A stretch of DNA of 40,183 bases from a virus. Lineage: Duplodnaviria; Caudoviricetes. Below are positions 35,492 through 40,183 of this stretch, piece after piece; positions within the stretch are counted from its first letter, which is position 1, and the number at the start of each line of letters is the position of its first letter. The stretch spans positions 1 to 40,183 of the IMG/VR virus record IMGVR_UViG_3300017544_000286; one strand, 5' to 3'. Position numbers and translations under genes: made by a program. The notes under the pieces were generated by a model. That model was not told the DNA's origin. It saw nothing but the letters and a program-made list of their open reading frames with translations, and did not search any database.

Positions 35492-36957
35492 TGGCCGTCA
35501 AGTTTGCCGATCGCGTTGTCGAAACCACGCAGACCACCGGGACCGGCACGCTCGATCTGGCCGGTGCAGCCGATGGATATCTTGCGTTTTCCGACGAGCT
35601 GACGGACGGCGATGAGATCGCCTATGTGATCGAGGATGATCCGACCGATCCGAGCGAGTGGGAGCTGGGCCTCGGCACGTTCACTGCCGGGTCGCCGAAC
35701 ACGCTGAGCCGCGATACGGTCTACAAATCGTCCAACAGCGGCAACAAGATCAGCCTGCAATCCGGCACCACCTATACCGTGACGGCCGTTCTGTCGCGGC
35801 ATCAGATCGGCAGCTACATCCGCAAGAACAGCAATGTCCTGGCCAAGACGGCCGATTATACGGTCGTCGCCGCCGATGACGGCAAGCTGATCAAGGCCGA
35901 TGGATCGGGCAACGATCCGGCAGGCCTGACCATTACTCTGCCGCCGGAAGCTACGGCGGGGGATGGCTTCGTCTTGGCGGTCCTCAACGATGGTTCGTCA
36001 GGCGCGGTGACGGTCAATGATGACGGGGGTTCGGAAATCGTCACGCGCCAGAGCGAGGGGGATTCTGCGCTCCTCCGCTGCGACGGCACCGCATGGTACG
36101 TCGTTGCCGAATTCTTATCGACCGTCAGCCAAACGGAGGCGGTAGCGGGCACATCGACAACGCCACGCGCCTGGACTGCTGAACGCGTCAAGCAGGCAAT
36201 CCAGGCACAAAGCGCACTGCCGCGTTCATATATTTCTGGGCTCGGGCTTTCCAATAATTCAACCGATAGCAATAAGGATATCGATATAGCGGCCGGGGAA
36301 TGCCGGGATAGCACGAATGCAGCGGATCTTGTCCTGGCGGCAGCGCTCACGAAGCAGCTCGACGCTGCATGGGCTGTTGGAACGAGCCAAGGCGGCCTCG
36401 ATACCGGAACGGTTGCAGCAAACACATGGTATCATGTCTGGCTTATCAAGCGCTCCGATACGGGCGTCGTCGACGCGCTGTTCTCCTCATCGGCCAGTAG
36501 CCCGACAATGCCGACGGACTACGATTACAAGCGTCGTGTGCGCGGCTCCATTCTGACGGATGGTTCGGCAAATATCATCGCCTTCAAACAGCGTGGTGAT
36601 CAGTTCCTTTGGGCGACCGCCGCATTGGACATCAACACAAGTTCAGCCAACTCGGGTTCGGTGCTCTTAAGCATTTCAGTGCCGTCTGGGATTAAAGTTG
36701 ATGCGCAAATCCGCGCGCGATCGCAACACAACACGTCCAGTCATGGGTTTCTGCTATCGAGCCCCGACCAAGCTGATGTTGCGGCAGGAACCTCAACTGG
36801 CGTCTCGTTGACTGCGGGAGGCAGTGACCCAGCCGCCGGACAGTTTTCGATCCGCACCAATACATCCAGTCAAATCCGCGCGCGGGCCGACGGATCGGGG
36901 GTTGCGTACCGAATTTACACAGATGGCTGGGTCGATCGTGCAGGGAGGGACGAGTGA
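35491..36957 (+). CDS. Tail fibre / receptor-binding protein
   Basis: N-terminal DRVVETTQTTGTGT anchor; modular Thr/Ser/Gly-rich body; last large tail gene. Confidence 0.75.
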   Translation: MAVKFADRVVETTQTTGTGTLDLAGAADGYLAFSDELTDGDEIAYVIEDDPTDPSEWELGLGTFTAGSPNTLSRDTVYKSSNSGNKISLQSGTTYTVTAVLSRHQIGSYIRKNSNVLAKTADYTVVAADDGKLIKADGSGNDPAGLTITLPPEATAGDGFVLAVLNDGSSGAVTVNDDGGSEIVTRQSEGDSALLRCDGTAWYVVAEFLSTVSQTEAVAGTSTTPRAWTAERVKQAIQAQSALPRSYISGLGLSNNSTDSNKDIDIAAGECRDSTNAADLVLAAALTKQLDAAWAVGTSQGGLDTGTVAANTWYHVWLIKRSDTGVVDALFSSSASSPTMPTDYDYKRRVRGSILTDGSANIIAFKQRGDQFLWATAALDINTSSANSGSVLLSISVPSGIKVDAQIRARSQHNTSSHGFLLSSPDQADVAAGTSTGVSLTAGGSDPAAGQFSIRTNTSSQIRARADGSGVAYRIYTDGWVDRAGRDE

Positions 36958-37430
36958 TGCCTTACGTTGAACGCGATGCGGCCGGCACGATTTCCGGTCT
37001 TTACGTTTGGCCGCAGCCAGGCCGCGCAGAAGAGTTCCTGTCCGACGATGATTCGGAGGTGATGTCATTCCTCGTTCCACCGCCGTCTGCGGAGGATGTG
37101 CAACGGGAGTGCGCTCGCCGCTTGGCGCTCGGCTTTGATTATGACTTCGGGGATGAACGCGGTGTGCATCACTTCGCCACGACCGAAAAGGACATGAAGG
37201 GTTGGGACGACGTCTCAAAGATCGCCCAGGCGGCGATCAATGTCGGGGCGCCAGAGACCATCATCCATATTTCGACCGAAACCGGCGCGTGCGCGGTAAC
37301 TGCATTGGAATGGCAGTCTGTTCTTCTGGCTGCCGGCGAGGTTCAACAGCCTATCTGGCAGGCATCGTTCGTTTTGCAGGCGATGGATCCTATCCCGGCC
37401 GACTATAGCGACGACTCTTACTGGGATTGA
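36954..37430 (+). CDS. Tail fibre-associated chaperone-like protein
   Basis: Coupled to the fibre gene; VQRECARRL...LQAMDPIPADYSDDSYW. Confidence 0.65.
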   Translation: MMPYVERDAAGTISGLYVWPQPGRAEEFLSDDDSEVMSFLVPPPSAEDVQRECARRLALGFDYDFGDERGVHHFATTEKDMKGWDDVSKIAQAAINVGAPETIIHISTETGACAVTALEWQSVLLAAGEVQQPIWQASFVLQAMDPIPADYSDDSYWD

Positions 37431-37560
37431 TGGCCGGGAGTTCGATCGCAAGCAGCCGCGTAAGGCGTAAGCAATCATTTGGGGGTACTGAATGGACGAT
37501 CTCGGACAATTCGTCACCGCGTTGCCGCCCGCAGTTCGGCAGCGGATGGGGGCCTAAGCA

Positions 37561-37923
37561 ATGGATTGGGTTCCCGTGACGGCGCTGATCGTCGGCAACG
37601 GCCTTACCATCATGATTGCCATTGCGGCGCATGCACGCTGGCAGCAGAGCCGCCAGGACAAGCGGTTCGATCAAGTCTGGGAAGCGATCGACGCCCGAGT
37701 GCAAGAGATCGCGGCCGCGCGTAGGGATTTCCAAGGCGCGATCGGGCGGATCGAGCGCGATCTGGGCGCGACGATCAAAGCGGTTGCGGATGCGTTGTCC
37801 GATCACCGCGTCGATGACGCCAAGACCTACGTGACCAGGACCGAACTGGCTCAATCAATCGCGAACGTGGCCGGAGAGATCAAAGGATTGCGTGAAGATA
37901 TTCGGCGTGGAGGCGCCAAATGA
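37561..37923 (+). CDS. Membrane-anchored coiled-coil protein of the lysis region
   Basis: N-terminal TM followed by a coiled coil; coupled to the putative endolysin. Confidence 0.6.
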   Translation: MDWVPVTALIVGNGLTIMIAIAAHARWQQSRQDKRFDQVWEAIDARVQEIAAARRDFQGAIGRIERDLGATIKAVADALSDHRVDDAKTYVTRTELAQSIANVAGEIKGLREDIRRGGAK

Positions 37924-38366
37924 TCCGCGCGATCCTCCAACGTCTCGAAACCTCGGATGAGGGAACCTTCGGCAAGATCGAGTTCGGTGGCCATGCATGG
38001 CATACGGGAGAGCTCCCTTGGCGCGACAACAAGCCGCTGATCTCGTGTATCCCGGCCGGCACCTATCTGGTCGAGATGGATCCGAGCCCGCGCTTTGGAC
38101 GCGATCTCTACGAACTGCGCAAGGTGCCCGGACGGACGGTGATTTTGATCCATCCCGCGAACTTTTGTGGAGATCGCGCGTGTGGGCTGGAAAGCGAACT
38201 TAACGGCTGCATCGCGCTTGGTTTGAGCGTCGGCTCGTTGCGCGGGCAGAAAGCCGTCCTGGCTTCTGGAAGGGCGGTCGCGCAATTCCAGGCCGCGCTG
38301 AACCGTGAGCCGTTCATGCTCGAGGTGCGGGATATACCTGGGATCGAGTGGAGGGTGGCAGCATGA
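37920..38366 (+). CDS. Putative endolysin (DUF5675-like)
   Basis: GTFG, ELPWRDN, SCIPAGTY, ILIHPAN and GCIALG motifs; lysis-cassette position. Confidence 0.75.
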   Translation: MIRAILQRLETSDEGTFGKIEFGGHAWHTGELPWRDNKPLISCIPAGTYLVEMDPSPRFGRDLYELRKVPGRTVILIHPANFCGDRACGLESELNGCIALGLSVGSLRGQKAVLASGRAVAQFQAALNREPFMLEVRDIPGIEWRVAA

Positions 38367-38575
38367 TTAAGAATATCTTCACCCTGGTGATGGTCCTGGC
38401 CATCATCTACGCAGCGATCGGCATCCTGATCTTCTTCGCGACGGCTGCGATGTCCACTGTGACCGGCCATACTCCGGATTGGCGCGGTGCGGCGATCGCC
38501 GCTCTGACCTGGCCCTTTTGGTGTGTCCGCGCGATCTGGTGGGCGATCTTCGGCCGAGAGGATGGGTCGTCATGA
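38363..38575 (+). CDS. Two-TM protein (holin/antiholin candidate)
   Basis: 70 aa, two hydrophobic segments, ATGA-coupled. Confidence 0.55.
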   Translation: MIKNIFTLVMVLAIIYAAIGILIFFATAAMSTVTGHTPDWRGAAIAALTWPFWCVRAIWWAIFGREDGSS

Positions 38576-38805
38576 AGACCTGGCTGAAATCCCTGCTCGA
38601 CGCTGACAACCGTGAGCTCGATACGCTGATCCTGCTCGCCTTCATCGGCATGGGTGCAATCACGGTCTATTCGGGACTCAACCTCTTCTTCGGTGATCGC
38701 ACCTTCGATCCGCAGGCCTATGGGCTCGGTTTCGCCAGCATCATCGGGGCGCTTGGGTTCGGGAAGGCCGCGCGCGACTGGAATCAGGGCGGCCCGACGA
38801 AGTGA
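38572..38805 (+). CDS. Holin candidate
   Basis: 77 aa with two TM segments (MKTWLKSLL...), coupled to its neighbours. Confidence 0.6.
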   Translation: MKTWLKSLLDADNRELDTLILLAFIGMGAITVYSGLNLFFGDRTFDPQAYGLGFASIIGALGFGKAARDWNQGGPTK

Positions 38806-39230
38806 GCGCGATCCTCACGTTCCTCGGCTCCCGGCTTGGCGGCTGGACCGTCGCCGCTCTCGTCGCCGCGGGCCTCTCCCTGGCGCTCTATGTCCAGGAT
38901 CTGCGTCTCGATGCCAAGGACGCGGAACTAAACGCACGAGTGAATGAAATATTGGCTCTCAACGGTCAATTGGATTCGTTCGAGGACACCAACAAGCGCC
39001 AGGCTGAGACCATCCGCCAAATCACGGACAGTGCGGCTGCCGTGAAGGCCCGTGCCGACAAGGCCGCGCGCAATCTCGCCGCGGCACTCGCCCGCACCGA
39101 CGAAAAGACCAGGACCATCATCCGGGAGATACCCCGTGAACCGAGCGACAACGATCCTATTACTGCTGGTGAGCGCGATCTTCTTGTCCGCCTGCGGGAC
39201 GCCTACCCCTCAATTCCGAACGGTCACTGA
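38802..39230 (+). CDS. i-spanin (Rz-like)
   Basis: N-terminal TM plus a long coiled coil. Confidence 0.8.
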   Translation: MSAILTFLGSRLGGWTVAALVAAGLSLALYVQDLRLDAKDAELNARVNEILALNGQLDSFEDTNKRQAETIRQITDSAAAVKARADKAARNLAAALARTDEKTRTIIREIPREPSDNDPITAGERDLLVRLRDAYPSIPNGH

Positions 39231-39417
39231 GCCCCCGAGGATCGAGAAGGTCGAACTGACGGGCGATATGGCGAAGCCGTGCGAGCGCGGGCGTGATGTA
39301 CTGCCCGATCCCGCCAGCGCCGTGCGGCGCAATATGACCGATCTCGTGGCCATCCTGTTCGGCCGGCTTGAGCAGTGTGCAGATCGTCACGATGCCATCT
39401 TACGAACGGTGAAATGA
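39136..39417 (+). CDS. o-spanin lipoprotein (Rz1-like)
   Basis: GTG start; signal peptide with lipobox LSAC; overlaps the 3' end of the i-spanin in another frame. Confidence 0.8.
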   Translation: MNRATTILLLLVSAIFLSACGTPTPQFRTVTEPPRIEKVELTGDMAKPCERGRDVLPDPASAVRRNMTDLVAILFGRLEQCADRHDAILRTVK

Positions 39418-39457
39418 GGCGGATTTCCCGTCAATGTCTCGGTTTGAGTTACGGGGG

Positions 39458-40183
39458 CTAGAGTACGGCCTTTGCAGGCGCCGCAACGTTCGGCCATCGC
39501 TCGGCAATCGTCGCGCAAGCGGCTTCCATATTGTGAAACCGGCTCATCGCATCTCCGGGGGCCGGATGGGCCTTCCCAGCGTAAGCGTCCAGTGTGACGC
39601 ATAACTTGTGCTCTGGGTCTGCGCCCTCTTCTACACCGCTCTCGGTCAAATACCCGTACAGAAGTGCGGATTGCCATTCAGCCGTCGCCTCAGGCAGGGG
39701 CTTCCCCTTTGCGTACCGAAGCATGCCTACCCCAACACGGACCTTGTTCGTTTTTGTTATGCGACGCAGACCAAAATGCAGCTCAAACGTGACCTTAACC
39801 CCGCTCAGCAATAGGGGAGCGACATTCCCCGGAGCGGTAATCTCCGCACCGGGCCAACTGATGCTGCCGTATACATTTGAGAACCGATCAATGTAATCAG
39901 CATTGTGGTCATATAGATCGCGTTCAAAGTCGGTGTCTGCCAGTCGGTCGCGAATACTCTTCGCCCGCATTGCCAATGCCCAAACATCCCCCTCACCATC
40001 GCGTATGAATTTTGATACGATGGTCTTCGCCTCATTATGCTGAATGACGCGAGCGGTGGGTTGATACTTGCACCCTTGGACGATAGTTCGACGAGCGCGC
40101 TCAGACCCAGCCATGTAGTCGGCTAAATAGCGTGCGGAAATTTGCGGATTCTTAACGAGTCGGTGCGTCTTCTCTTGAAGCAT
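39458..40183 (-). CDS. Hypothetical moron/accessory protein
   Basis: 241 aa, convergent with the late operon, visibly lower GC than the phage core. Confidence 0.8.
   Translation of the reverse strand: MLQEKTHRLVKNPQISARYLADYMAGSERARRTIVQGCKYQPTARVIQHNEAKTIVSKFIRDGEGDVWALAMRAKSIRDRLADTDFERDLYDHNADYIDRFSNVYGSISWPGAEITAPGNVAPLLLSGVKVTFELHFGLRRITKTNKVRVGVGMLRYAKGKPLPEATAEWQSALLYGYLTESGVEEGADPEHKLCVTLDAYAGKAHPAPGDAMSRFHNMEAACATIAERWPNVAAPAKAVL

Larger units (their letters stand above)
1..40183. mobile_element. Temperate siphovirus prophage (lambdoid organisation, HK97-type head) carrying a DGR
   Basis: Full syntenic set of integrase, repressor, replication, packaging, head, tail and lysis genes with no obvious disruption. 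The window ends exactly at ORF ends, so att sites are not visible. Confidence 0.95.

Noticed and set aside
1-40183. attL/attR, tRNA genes, IS elements
   Set aside because: None recognised by eye; the window is cut at ORF boundaries, so att sites probably lie outside.

Overview
The window is a nearly complete, apparently intact temperate siphovirus prophage with an HK97-type head, probably from an alphaproteobacterial host (it encodes a GapR homologue). It runs from the integrase stop codon to a convergent moron after the lysis genes; no att sites are visible. Gene order: int/xis, leftward early operon, lambdoid immunity region (OL, two membrane genes, cI, OR, cro), rightward early and replication genes (ParB-like, MT-A70, GapR, ASCH, initiator with iterons, NusG-like), HNH, terminase, portal, protease, capsid, tail, lysis with spanins. 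The main finding is a complete diversity-generating retroelement (DGR) in the leftward early operon: an RT, an 85-bp template repeat, an Avd-like gene and TWO paralogous DUF1566/CLec-like target genes. Their variable repeats differ from TR almost only at TR adenines (13 of 13 and 15 of 16 mismatches), and each is followed by a near-identical GC hairpin. The targets are small, apparently soluble early proteins rather than the tail fibre, and TR abuts the RT start codon with no spacer. All product calls come from motif recognition and synteny by eye; no database searches were run.
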